Positions 1 through 12,305 of a stretch of 64,000 bases of DNA are shown one piece after another (within the stretch, counting starts at the first letter, position 1; the number at the start of each line of letters is the position of its first letter). Where the stretch lies: contig JBLDXI010000017.1 of assembly GCA_047495785.1 (NCBI GenBank), positions 3,162,001 through 3,226,000 of the forward strand, read 5' to 3'. The stretch comes from Lepidodermella squamata. Lineage: Eukaryota > Animalia > Gastrotricha. A program made the position numbers and the translations under genes. The notes under the pieces were generated by a model. It searched no databases. It was not told the DNA's origin and saw nothing but the letters and a program-made list of their open reading frames with translations.

Positions 1-378
1 CAGGTAATCCTGGATACTTTTATTATTTGCATCACCTTTTTAATAAAGTATGCGTGATTTTTATTTGCTCGTAGCAAGTCAAAACATTATTAGACATTCG
101 CCTCTCGTTTTTCTTACAACAACAAAATGTGTAACTATTATCAGTGAAGTAGAGCTGAATTAGTATCTACCCGATGTGGCTGCGCCCTGTGTAAGATATT
201 ATGACTAATGTTGTTGAAGCGCAGCGCTGAAAACTGTTACTAATGAAACTCTGATGTTATATTATTATTATTATCAACAGATGATGAAAAAAAATAAAAT
301 ATTAGATGACTTCGATTTTTGTTACCGTCCCATATAACGTCTTTCGATGACTTATTTTAGAGGTTAACCATAACTAGG

Positions 379-1116
379 ATGGCCTCATCGCGGCGGGACA
401 AGAATGCGAACGTTGAGTGTCTTGTTGACAGTGGCGCCGGTTTCTTTACAACTAGCACGGAGGCAGAGATAATCGCGTCAGTGACCTCAGCCTCGACTTC
501 AAAGCCGCGGCCGACAATTGCCGACAACATCGCTGCAGGTGATTCACTGCCCCTGTGTATAGAGTGCAAATGCGACATTATTGAGTCTTTCTTAATGGAC
601 AACTTCGACCTATTCGTGTGTAACTCATGTCGCCGTAGTTTGGACCCTAAATATCGTCTCATCTCACGAACTGGCGCTAAACAGCAGTATTTGCTGAAAG
701 ACTGCGATTTTGATCAACGTGAACCGCCTCTCAAGTATATACTACGTCGAAATCCTCACAAGCCCAACTCCCAGGCACTCCCAGGAGAGAAAAGATCGTT
801 GTTTTCAAGTAACGGTGACATGAAACTATACCTTGAGATGAGCGTGCGCGACCGCGCTATCGAAGTTTTTGGTGATTTGGAGAAGATCGAAGAGGCTCGA
901 AATGTTCGTACAGACAAAGCCCGAGCGTTGCATGATAAGCGCTTCAAGGCTCAGCTTCGAGAAATGCGACAGACAATTGGGGGTGGCCAGTCGTCATCAA
1001 AAGCAGCCGCGAGTAAAGTTCCCTCGCGCCATGTTCACTCGTACGTCGCTACTTCAAAAGCCGATGTCAAAAAGTGCTCGGAGTGTGGTCAAACAATAAC
1101 AGTAGAGCAACTGTGA
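379..1116 (+). CDS. XPA: DNA repair protein XPA (single-exon ORF, 245 aa)
   Basis: ERCC1-binding-like motif DSGAGFF, C4 zinc finger CIEC..CNSC, and XPA core LISRTGAKQQYLLKDCDFDQREPPLKYILRRNPH...GDMKLYL. C-terminal HxH..CSECG. Confidence 0.95.
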   Translation: MASSRRDKNANVECLVDSGAGFFTTSTEAEIIASVTSASTSKPRPTIADNIAAGDSLPLCIECKCDIIESFLMDNFDLFVCNSCRRSLDPKYRLISRTGAKQQYLLKDCDFDQREPPLKYILRRNPHKPNSQALPGEKRSLFSSNGDMKLYLEMSVRDRAIEVFGDLEKIEEARNVRTDKARALHDKRFKAQLREMRQTIGGGQSSSKAAASKVPSRHVHSYVATSKADVKKCSECGQTITVEQL

Positions 1117-2563
1117 TATTGCTGTAAATATGCATTTTAGCTGAATTTTTGTTTTTTATGTGGAAATAAACTCGATCATGTATCAATAAGTCTCGAAAAG
1201 CTCCACTCTTTCCTGAAAATTGATTTCCTGACCTGCTAATATGCTTTTCGAAACTCCTGGAGCCCAAGGTCTCGTTAAATACCATGTAACAAATGAAAAA
1301 GCTGATTTTTTACAATCGAATTTTTGCGTGTGCTCGTCAAGACAACAACAACAAAACAACAAAACAAGACAAGATGAGGATAGCGGATGGCATAAAATAT
1401 GCTAGGACTGGAAATGTTTGAAAATTTAATGGTTCGATAACTGGTTTTCCTTGCGATAAACACTGAATTGAAATGACCTTGCTGAATTGAAAGTTCCGCG
1501 ATGTTTCACGACAATACTGCTTCAGTTAACAATAATTAATAACAAACGATCACCGAATTCACTCAAATTAGGTATACGCAAAGAAATCAAAATACGTTTA
1601 CAAACCAAAAAACAATAGCGATTACGAGCTTTGATGCGGTTTTATATAACCGCGGGGTGAATCAAAACAATACATGATATTTCAATAACTTTGATCAGCT
1701 AATTTTGACTGCAAACGCGCAGCAAATGTGTTTGCTCAACCCATCTTACGCCGGACCTAGTAAATGGGATCAAGACCATCAGCCATGCAAAATTTAGTTT
1801 TCGCTCAGTCGTTCGGACGCCTTCTTTAAAGTTGTATTCATCAAAGTTTCATCGAATTCGGCTACAACCACAAAGAAGTCCTTATACCTGCACTAATACA
1901 GATGCATGTGAAAAAGGTCCCCAGGCGTGTTTATGTATGCATTACGGTTTTCTTTTGAAGCCCTGGAAAATTGAAAATTGGCGAATGGGCAGGTCCCGGG
2001 TTACCGGGGACTGCTGTTAGTCGGCAGACCCCCTCCCCGTTTTTCTCTGTTTGTCCTTGACGCCCGCGGCAAATGCCGTTCGTGTCATTTACATTCTTCA
2101 AAATTTGTTAAACGTTACTTGAGTGATATAAAAATTGAATAAAAATTTAGAATGACCTTGAACATTTTATTTTCAATTTTTTGGCGCGTGACTTCAGGTT
2201 TCCCGTCAGGCGATACCGACCTGTCGAATTAATGCGTGAAAATTTGTCAGGATTCAGTTGACGATTCAGGATTAGTGAATATCGAAAAGCTAGCATGGTA
2301 TTGCATTCAGGAATGGAACAGTTACATTAATAAGTTGATACTATTTTGCTTTGCGGAGTAACCCAGCTGCGTACAAATATCTGCCTAATTTCGGAAGTGC
2401 GCCAAAATATCGGTATCGGTGTAGTGCGCGCACTTGCGCGATAATTAGCAGACCATTAGACGCACACGCAGAATGGTCGTAATGATCGTGTGGCAAATGG
2501 AGGTGCGTAAGTAAGAAGTGTGTACGATTGATTGATGGACAATTTTAGTCAAACGTTATTCTT

Positions 2564-2712
2564 CGCTGCCAATGACCGCAACATTGGGTGAACAGACCGC
2601 AACCATAAGCCTGACACCTCGCTGGAAAAATCAGTCAGCTGTTGCCTTCCAATTGGAGAGTTCAAATATTAGCAGAAAATCGATAAACATTAGTACATTG
2701 ATTGAAACATTG
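2564..2712. repeat. Degenerate direct repeat, copy A (copy B at ~3644-3821)
   Basis: Shared ordered blocks cgctgcc..aacattgggt..ccgcaaccat..acacct..ctgttgcctt..ggaga..gaaaatcgat..ttgaaacatt. Confidence 0.7.
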
Positions 2713-2751
2713 GCTGTTGATGGTTTATAGTCATGTCTAAGAAAAACACAT

Positions 2752-2854
2752 TTGCCTTACGCGCACTTGCTTCGCAGTGCGACGTAATGGGCAGGTCCCA
2801 ATTATTTTCCCTCCTGGTATCTGGGATCCTGAACTTGTGATCATTCGAACCTAT
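2752..2854. repeat. ~100-bp inverted repeat, left arm (right arm ~4815-4916); possible transposon terminus
   Basis: The reverse complement of ttgccttacgcgcacttgcttcgcagtgcgacgtaatgggcaggtcccaattatttt...gggatcctgaact matches 4834-4916 with few mismatches. Confidence 0.85.
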
Positions 2855-3643
2855 GGTGATCATTTGAACAGTGGGACTGTTAACATGCTCGCTTTCGCTC
2901 GCATATGTAAACAGTCCCAAAGCTTCCCCATATGATGAACATTTATCAGTCTTATTTTCTGTCATTTTTACCATCCACTTCTTCTGTCTCCACTCGCATT
3001 AGCAGTGTCGCCTATAATCTTCATAGTCGTTTATCATTTATCGTATGATCGTTTCCATCTTTTATATCCCCTGTTTTCCTAACAAAAGTAATAATGATAG
3101 TTTTTCAAGAGTTAAAGAAAATCGGCTTAGCCACAGCCGAGTCGAGATACCTCAGAATAACGCAAAATTCCTTACCAACCGTAGATATAAACGATGGCCA
3201 TATCCCATATCGTGCCTTAACTATTTTTTGCTCTTCATTTTGTTTTAAAATAATATGCGACGATATACAAACGTTTACATGGGCAGTAAGTCATATGAAA
3301 AGGCATGATAACCGCGCTCGTATAGCTCCGCTATTCCCGCATAGACATAATTTAAGATATACTGACTACCCCTTCCATTCCCTTCATACACCAATGTAAA
3401 TCCCATGTACAGATTGCAATGCTTCTTACCGACTCGTTTGAACGAATCTGCATGAAGAATGAAAATAGCACAATTTCCTTATTCTTCGCGTTATATTGGC
3501 ATTGATTTTTTGATACAAGCCTCAAGTCAACAGATTGAGTATAGCTTGAAGTTAAAGTTGGTCTTGCAGAGAATTCCCGATAAAATAGTGATTGTGCCAT
3601 CTGAGCAGTAAAACATTGCTTGACTTTCTAACAGAATCAACCA

Positions 3644-3821
3644 CGCTGCCGATGATAGTAACATTGGGTAAACAATAATTATTCCGCAACCATTTACGTC
3701 TTACACCTAACAACTCGCTATAGAAAATAATATAGTGTCACCTGTTGCCTTTCTAACTGGAGAATGTGAATGTTAGCCGACAGAAAATCGATCAATAAAA
3801 TAGAAACTTTGTTGAAACATT
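3644..3821. repeat. Degenerate direct repeat, copy B
   Basis: Same ordered blocks as 2564-2712, with indels. Confidence 0.7.
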
Positions 3822-4814
3822 ACTTTTTGAGAGTTCTGTATATTTGTCGTATCGTATAATGCAATTTCTCCCAATAGCCGATTGAGATATCCCAATGTGC
3901 AATCCGAATTGTTCCCAACGTCATTTTCAGCTATTTTAAACAGTTTTTTTTTAATTTGGAAACCAAGCAAGATTGCAGAATAGCCTTTCGCCTATCTAGC
4001 AGAGCCCATTTTCCCTAATAACTTGTTCCGTAACTGCGTGTTCTATGAGTTATTAAAAAGCTAGCATAATTTTCACTGTAACAGTCTTCTGGCCTTCTAG
4101 GTCCATTTAAACTCTTTATTAATCAATTTGCAGACCAATCGATAGGGCTCTTCGTGCTCTTTAATATGATGTGATACATTATAATTCAATAACCTGAAGG
4201 CTGATGAAAACAATAGGCAAAAAGCAACTTTCGGATTGCTCATTGAGACATCTCTATCGGCAATTGGGGGATTGACCCAACGGAACCTAGCAGCACCCTT
4301 TTTACAGTGTAAAAGCTGAACTTAGCAGCAAAAGTTGGCAGCACGCCAACGGAAGGTGATGCAAGTGTAATTTTTGTTTCTACCGACTAGTATTGGTCCA
4401 TAACAATCCATAACAAATGATGAAACTTCCAGAACAAGTGGAAGTTAGTGCTGATGAAAACACGCTGCCAGGTTCAAAGCGGTGGGGATTGCCAATACAA
4501 TATGCAATACTACATATTAATTATTACGAAACATATGCGAACTTGTGCAATGCATTACAATGATGAAACATTTATCAGCCTCAATTCTACCATGCACTTA
4601 CTAAAATTTGGTCACATTTTGACATATTCTGTTATTCGTAACGTTGAGCCATTTACCACCAAATTTTTAAAAGTAATATCCTATCAAAGCCGTTCCCAGA
4701 GACTTTGAGTCCCAGACCTTACGACAGACCTTAGGAAGAAGACTGCTTAGGAAGATTCTTGATTTCGTTTCGAAATGTAAAATCGATGCGCTTGGTCCAG
4801 GTTCGGACGAAATG

Positions 4815-4916
4815 ATATGTTCAAATGATCGCCAGTTCAGGATCCCATTTCCAGGAGGAAAAATAATTGGGACCTGCCCATTACGTCGCACTGCGAAGCA
4901 AGTGCGCGTAAGACAA
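4815..4916. repeat. ~100-bp inverted repeat, right arm
   Basis: gttcaggatccc...aataattgggacctgcccattacgtcgcactgcgaagcaagtgcgcgtaag is the reverse complement of 2752-2835. Confidence 0.85.
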
Positions 4917-5239
4917 TTTCCATCGACACGGTTTACGAGGCTTCTATTATGCATGGCCCATGACGAAATCTTAACTGACGACGTTGACCAAGCTACTCGG
5001 CACTACTTATATGGTATTGTAGACCGGCCCCAAAATGTTACTGAGAGGTTCGCAAAGACCCTTGCCCAGCCACCTCAAGGCCTCGCGAACTCCGAGCCCA
5101 AAAAAACCGCCCAAATTTTACATGCAGCAAGGTTGCATTAAATCATCAAAAATGTATTGATGCAATTTTATATTCAAATTTTAGAGATAAAATTTGATAA
5201 AAAATTAAAATGGTTTTAAGATTTGTCCTTCACATGCGC

Positions 5240-5250
5240 TTGGCGCCAAA
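5240..5250. promoter_or_regulatory. Candidate E2F-binding site upstream of MCM4
   Basis: Near-palindromic TTGGCGCCAAA (TTTGGCGC on the minus strand) ~380 bp upstream of the MCM4 ATG. MCM genes are classical E2F targets. Confidence 0.45.
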
Positions 5251-5623
5251 CGTGAATATGTTCTTGGAGAAACGAAAGGCGGCAAAAGTTGTGTTGCTCT
5301 TGCATGCTGTCGTCCATGTTTAACCTTTTTGAGCGAAAATTATTTGATTTGTGACACGCGTGAGGTTTTTGAAACTGTCTTTCTCTTTGGCTCTTCCTAA
5401 ACCAACAAAAGAAAAGATCACTGCAAGATCAACAAATCAAACATCGGACAATCAGTATCGGTTTGTGTGATTTGGAGATCCATATAGATCTAATTATGTC
5501 TTATGACATCTTGCCAATTCTCAATTTGTAGTTAAATATCATTTTAAATTATTGCTCAATAATACTTTGCATTAATCATTAATTGCGTTGTATTCTGTAT
5601 GTTTAGGGTTATTATTTTGCTCA

Positions 5624-8555
5624 ATGGAACCTCTCTCTCCCGTCAGTTTTGGCGAATCTAGTGGCGGAGTCGCCTCTTCCACTAAGGCAACTCCGAAATC
5701 AGTCGATGATCGTCCCAAGGCGCGCTCAGCTAGAAGGAACGGTGGTAGAACGCCTTTATCTTCTGTTAACAGCACACCATCCAGGAATCGAGGTGCCAGT
5801 CCAGCTGTTGTATTTGGCAGTCAGCCGGGAACCCCTGCTACTCCAGGAGGCGGACTGCGTTCCCGTCCAGACCTTGGAACTCCCTCTCATGGACTGCGCC
5901 AGGTTCAGGTAGGCTTTATCATGGTAATGTACTCGTAAAATGATCTATCATGCGAATTATAGCTTACTAGTGATTTGGGCGGCACAGATCACTTTGCTGA
6001 AACTAGCGAGGGTGATAATGCTTTCAAGCTAGTGGTATGGGGCAGTGATGTTTCAGCTGAGCGTTGCCGTCGCCAATTCTCCCGGTTTTTACGATCTTAC
6101 GTGCCACCAGCCGTTGACCATGACGAAGCAATTACCCATCAGGAGACTTCAGCCTTGGCTGACTCTTGGGAACCTACCCGGCCTTATTATTTGCGAAAGT
6201 TGCGTGAAGTTTCCGAAGCTAAGGATAAGCCGATTCTGGAGATCAACTGCTCTTTCTTGAAGAACTTTGACGCTCAGCTCTACCGTCAAATGATCATGTT
6301 CCCATCTGAAGTCATCGGCTTCTTGGATGATGCAGCGAATGAGGTTTGTCTATTGCCTTGCAATAAATTGCCCACATCTCGATGAATTCTAGGTGTTTTC
6401 GATTGAATTTCCCGATGTTCAACTCAATCGTCCCATCGAGACCAGACCCTATTTGCCGGCGGACTCTGAGTCAGCTCGAGCTCTTCGTCATCTTGGCCCT
6501 TCAGATGTTGACCAGCTGGTCGTCGTTCGTGGAATGGTCATTAGATTGTCCCCAGTAATTCCAGAAATGCGTTCCGCTTTTTTCCGTTGCTCAATCTGTT
6601 CCAACTCTGTAACAATGGATGTTGACCACGGCAATGTGTCTGAACCCCGGTTGTGCACTAACTGCAACTCGAAGCATTCATTCACTATCATTCACAATCT
6701 GTGCACTTTCTTCGACAAGCAACTCATTCGTCTACAGGTTGCCATTTACAATTCAGTTTCTCCTCTTCTCTAAGTATTTATTTTCAGGAAAGCCCTGATG
6801 ACACGCCTCCCGGCCGCACACCTCACGCTCTTTCGCTGTTTGTCAACGGTGATTTGGTCGATGCAGTCCAACCTGGTGATCGCGTTGCTGTAACTGGTAT
6901 CTACCGTACACAGCCTGTACGCGTCAATGCTCGCATGCAAACACTGAGGGCCGTTTATCGCACCCACATCGACGTCCTGCATTTCCGTCGCGATATTGCT
7001 GGCCGCCTCCCATCATCAAAGCTAACTGAATCAGATGCAAATAGCGGTAACGGAATATGCCCGTCCGGAGCTGATGCAAACGATTTCGTCACTGAATGGG
7101 CTAATCGTCTGTCTCCTGATCGCGTTGCCGAGATGAAGAAGCTGTCAGAGGCCCCTGATGTTTACGAGCGCTTAGCTCACGCCCTTGCTCCCAGTGTTTA
7201 CGAACATGAGGATATTAAGAAGGGTCTGCTTTTGCAGTTGATGGCAGGTGTCCGCAAGGATTTGTCCGGCGTTGGCCGTGGCTTTTCGCGCGCCGATATT
7301 CACGTGATTTTATGTGGAGACCCCGGTACCAGCAAGTCGCAACTTCTGCAGTACGTCCACCGCCTGGCCCCACGCAGTCAATACACCGCTGGTCGCGGCT
7401 CATCCGCCGTCGGTTTGACCGCGTTCATCGCTCGTGAGCCTGACACCCGTCAAACTGTGCTGCAACCCGGAGCCTTGGTCCTTTCCGACCGCGGCGTTTG
7501 CTGCATTGACGAATTCGACAAGATGTCCGAAGCCGCCCGCACCATTCTCCACGAAGTTATGGAACAGCAAACGCTGTCAGTCGCCAAGGCTGGTATCGTT
7601 TGCCAACTCAATGCCCGCGCCGCTGTTCTAGCCGCTTGTAACCCGGTGTCTTCGCGATGGGACCGCACCAAGTCAATCATCGACAACATCCGCATGCCTC
7701 CGACCCTTCTGTCGCGCTTCGACTTGGTATTTTTGATGATCGATCCTCAGGATGAAGTTTTCGACCGCCGTCTCGCCCGCCATTTGATCTCTCTTTTCGG
7801 CCCGGCGCCGAACACAACCCGCGAGCACCAGCTTCACCAAGACGAGAACGAGACCGGCACGGTTAGCATGGACGATTTCGCTCGTTCGTCGGCCTCTCAG
7901 CCTATCGGAGCTAACCAATCCGTGGTCGACAACGACCTCTTGCGTGACTACATCGCCTACGCCAAGGCCAAGTTCGACCCTCTCATCAGCGAGCCTGCTC
8001 AACAGGCGCTGGTCGAAGCTTACGTTCGTATGCGTCAAGGACCTGGCACAGGCGGCCAGGTTGCTGCTTATCCGCGTCAACTGGAAGCGCTGATTCGTTT
8101 GGCCGAGGCTCATGCGCGTCTTCGTTGGTCGCCTTCAGTTGAAACTGTCGATGTTCAGGTTCGTTATTTTGAAGAATTATTTCAATTCGAAATTTAATGA
8201 ATTTTCTACAATTTAGGAGGCTCGTCGCTTGTACGGTGAGGCGTTGAAGCAAGCCGCGACTGACCCTTCGACTGGCAGAATCGATGTTGCCCTGCTAACC
8301 ACCGGATTCTCAGCCGCTGGTCGTAAACGCCGTGCGATGCTTCGCGAGGCAGTTAAGCGCCTGCTGACTGGAATGGGCTCGTCGAGTCGCGAAACCATTT
8401 TCCAGTACGAACCTGTCCTAAATCAACTGCGCGCCCAGTCCGATGTGGCTATCAGCTGGGAAATGTTCGAGGACGCTCTTCGCGATCTTGAGGATGAAGA
8501 TACCATCGCTCTTCCTGGCAACCGCACGATTCGTCTCCTGGTGGCTCGTGCTTGA
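5624..8555 (+). CDS. MCM4: DNA replication licensing factor MCM4 (multi-exon, ~50-nt introns)
   Basis: S/TP-rich N-terminus, VVWGSDV, zinc finger CSIC..CTNC, Walker A GDPGTSKS, Walker B IDEFDKM, arginine finger SRFD, AYPRQLE, and the MCM4-type [10 protein letters not shown] tail. Confidence 0.96.
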
Positions 8556-8855
8556 AAACAGCGCAGAATAACAAACACTAAGTGACAGCGATTCATTTCG
8601 TTTTCCGTAAATCTCTATGATCGTAGTTTTGCTGAATGATGAATTTTAAAATTACGTTTCTTTTATGCCGTTTCTTCTTGGTGTTGCATGCCATTTCATA
8701 GCTTATGATGTAGGCCATTGAAAACAGCCGCATGAATTCTTTAATCGAGTCTTATTATCTCCGGCAAATAAAATTAACACGGAAATTCGTTCAGCATTTT
8801 TGAAAACAATTACATGCATTTTTATTTTCAAATCCAAGCTAAATATAATATATCA

Positions 8856-10258
8856 CTAGGAACTCATCAGAGTAGCATAGATAACGTCTCCTTTCCTCAA
8901 AAACCCCGGCCGATCGACTGCTGCGTCAACCCCGAAAATAGGCTGGCCACCGTATTCGTCCTGTTTCAATCGAAATCTAAATTAAAATTTAAGGAGGAGC
9001 GAGAATCGAAGGAACATCTGTCATACCTTTTCAAGGTTTTGAGCGGTTCGCCATCAGCTCGACGCGCGCCATTTCTAGCGTCGATTGTGGTAATACGACA
9101 GCGATCACAAGAGCGAAGGCTGCGAAGAATTGTTACATTAGGCGAGGGTATCACCGACCCATCTACAACCTCGAAATCTGATTCCGGACCGATATATATC
9201 CTGTCGAAATCGTCCTGTTGGAATTATTAAAATCTGTTCGAGCAAATTTAGAGTCAAGCGAACCTCGGAAAAGGCCTGGTGCGTTTGAATGAGAAGGTTG
9301 GGTCGGAAATTGCTTGCATCTACAGGCTCATCCCCAGGGTTGAGACGAGCGTTGAGATCTTCGATGGACGATGAGTTGATCAAATGTATCGGCGCAAATT
9401 CACTATAGCCGGTCTGCAATTATTTTTTTCGAGAAAACTTAAAAAAATTGAAGAATAGCCTACTTTGTCGAATTCGCGAATTCTGTGGGTCAATCGACGT
9501 GGGACTGTGACATTCGTCGTGACAGGTTTCATATGAGATGGGCTGTCGGCATGAATTAGAGCAACATCATCGCGATTGAGATAGGTTCGCCACCAATCGG
9601 CAGCTTCTTGTCCGCAGTGATGCCCAGAAACTATTTGCCCTCGTAACCTAAAATAAAAAACTGTCCTGGCTGAACCAATTATGAACTAATTTTAACCTGG
9701 CTTTGACGATAATGGGTGGTTCGGCTGTTACCGATGGGTGGTGAATTACTAGATCCGGCATGCCTGGTGCCGAGAAGCACAGAGTGAAGATGTTTTCAGC
9801 ATCCGAGCCGCTGCTCAGCAAAGAGGTTCGCCTCGGTTTAAGCATCATCCGTAACTGCACCAGGGACATTTTGGGACATTGGCGCTGCGTAATAACTTCT
9901 CCAAACATTATGAAAGACGGAGAAGTCGAAGTTGAGCTGTTTTCTTTCGCTGCGACTACAGCAAAATGTCTATATAAAAACCAGAATTTAACGCAAGTTT
10001 TCGCTACTCATTATAGCAAAACCTATCATTGATGTTGAAAGCCTGAAGACCTATGAAATCGCATACAGCGTTGTCGACCGATATTCCACCGCATGATTTT
10101 ATTGGGTAGATGAAAATTGACTCCAGCGTCCCAACTCTAGTAAGCTGGCGGGAAACTTTCCGAGAATATAGCTTTTGCATGAACAGCGCCATAACATTAC
10201 AGCCCGCAAAAAATGCAACAAGTTCGGCGAAAATTCGTGCATCTTCACCGTGAAGCAT
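8856..10258 (-). CDS. MOSC-domain / mitochondrial amidoxime-reducing component (mARC)-like protein, copy 1
   Basis: N-terminal hydrophobic anchor, IYPIKSCGG, ITQRQCPKM, NFRPNLLI, CDRC, EPLKTLKRY and PIFGVDA across ~50-nt introns. Confidence 0.9.
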
Positions 10259-10519
10259 TATGATAGATTTGATTTTAAAACCTGCGATATTGAAAAGGGT
10301 GTGGACTTCTGAGCGCTATCGATATATGTATCACACCAAGCGAAAAATTATCGCAAGGCACGCGATTGCTGCCCGGCGAGGATGACACGCGATTTTCGAT
10401 TCCGATTATCTCATGAGATTTCTTTTATTTCCCTCGAATCTACCATATAGAAATCTTAAATCTTAACTATATAAGACTCTTAAGTTGCCACGATACTGAC
10501 AGAGAATACACCAGCTTCC

Positions 10520-11860
10520 TTAAAAGTTCAAGAAAGTGGCATAAATCACATCTCCTGGGCGAATGGCCTTTCCAACGTGATCGACGGCTGCATCGACGCC
10601 AAAAATTGGCCAATTGGCATAATATTCACGACGCATTCGATAGCTGCATACAAAATTGCGAATTTCATTAACATAAATTTTTCAATTTTATTTACCGTTT
10701 CAGAGTGGCAATCGGCTCGCCATCAGCTCGCCGTTTACCCTCAACAGGGTTCACCGTCGGCAACAGACATCGATCATTCGGTCTGATTGTTCGGATCACA
10801 GTAACAGATGGCGAGGGCACGATTTCGCCATCGACAACTCTGAATTCGGATTCGGCTCCGATGTAAATTCGATCAAATTCATCCTTAAAAAGTTGATAAG
10901 CAAAGGATTATGCCGAGCCTGGCTCAAATGGAAAAAATTCACCTCGATATAAGGCCTCAAGGCTCTAATCAGAATACCAGGCCGGAAATTGGAGACAGTA
11001 ATCGGCGTATCAGATTCAATTCGTGAGTTTAAATCATCGATTGATGCAGAGTTAATAATGTGAAGTTGCGCCCAGTCATTGTAACCAGTCTGAAAAAATT
11101 GCAAAAAATCAACATTGAATTAGTCATAATTGATTAACCTTGACATTTTCACCGACGCGCTGACGCCATAAGCCAGGAACAGCTTCAGGCAATGGCAAAA
11201 CGTCTTTCAAGTGATCAGGGCTTTCAGCGTAAATCAAGACAACATCTTCGCGTTTGAGATAGGATCGCCACCATTTTGCAGCCTCTTCACCACAGTTACG
11301 ACCACGATAAGGCATGCCAAACAGTCTGAAATAAAAAGACAACAATTGACTTCACGGTTTGCAAAAAAGTTGTTGTTACTTGGCGTCTACGATGGCCAGT
11401 TCTTTATTAAGGGGGAGGCGGATCACTAAATCAGGCATATCAGGGGCCGAAAAACGCCATGCCGTGTTGCTGTCTTGATTTTCGAAATTGACCCCGACCA
11501 GTGCCATTTGAGGATATTGTCTTTGAGTCAAAATGATGCCAGGAGTCCCGTCCGAGGTCAGAGTTGCGACCGCGAAATGCCTGAAAATCACAATAGATTG
11601 AATTTTTTGATTGTTTATAGAAGCTACCGGTCGGTAATACTGCCGTGATGCATACCAGTGTCATCACAAGTAGCCTCGCTGACAGGTAGGCCGCGACACG
11701 ACTTTGCAGGGTAGATGAACAGAGATTCCACGCAGCCAACACGTGTTAATTTGCTTCGAACCCGGCGGGAACAGGTCCGCATCAGGTAGGCCATGACGTT
11801 TGAGCCGGCGAAGTGAAAAGCCAAGCCAGCCATAGTCGACGCATTGTTATCAGAAAACAT
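10520..11860 (-). CDS. MOSC-domain / mARC-like protein, copy 2 (tandem paralogue)
   Basis: IYPAKSCRG, LTQRQYPQM, NFRPGILI, NDRC and PIFGVDA. Exon layout parallels copy 1. Confidence 0.9.
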
Positions 11861-12305
11861 GACTATTCAATCGAAAAATCCTTAGTTTTAATGGTCGAAA
11901 AGTCAAGAAAACAGTTTTTAGGGCGGCCTTTGTTAGGTTGCCTATAGTTTTCCGAATAGCCAATGACCAGGGCTTAACGGCTGCGGTAAAATAGCCTGGT
12001 TGCGTGGGTGACATATTAGATAGACCGGCTAATTTGTGGCCTCGGAAAAAACGTACACAGTTGAACCAACGAAGCATTATCGCTGCGAAAATGTGATATG
12101 AAGGGATAGCGTAAATTCATCCGTAGGATTTCTAGACAGTGTTATTAATGCAAGAGTAATGTAACTGAGCTCGCCAAAAAAACAACACCGAGTTCGACCT
12201 TTTTATTTGAGTGCTGTCCGAAACACACGCTTTAGTGCTAAGTCATAATCTGTGATTTTCACTATCATCTCCTTGTTGTAAATAATAATTGGCACAACTT
12301 ATTGA

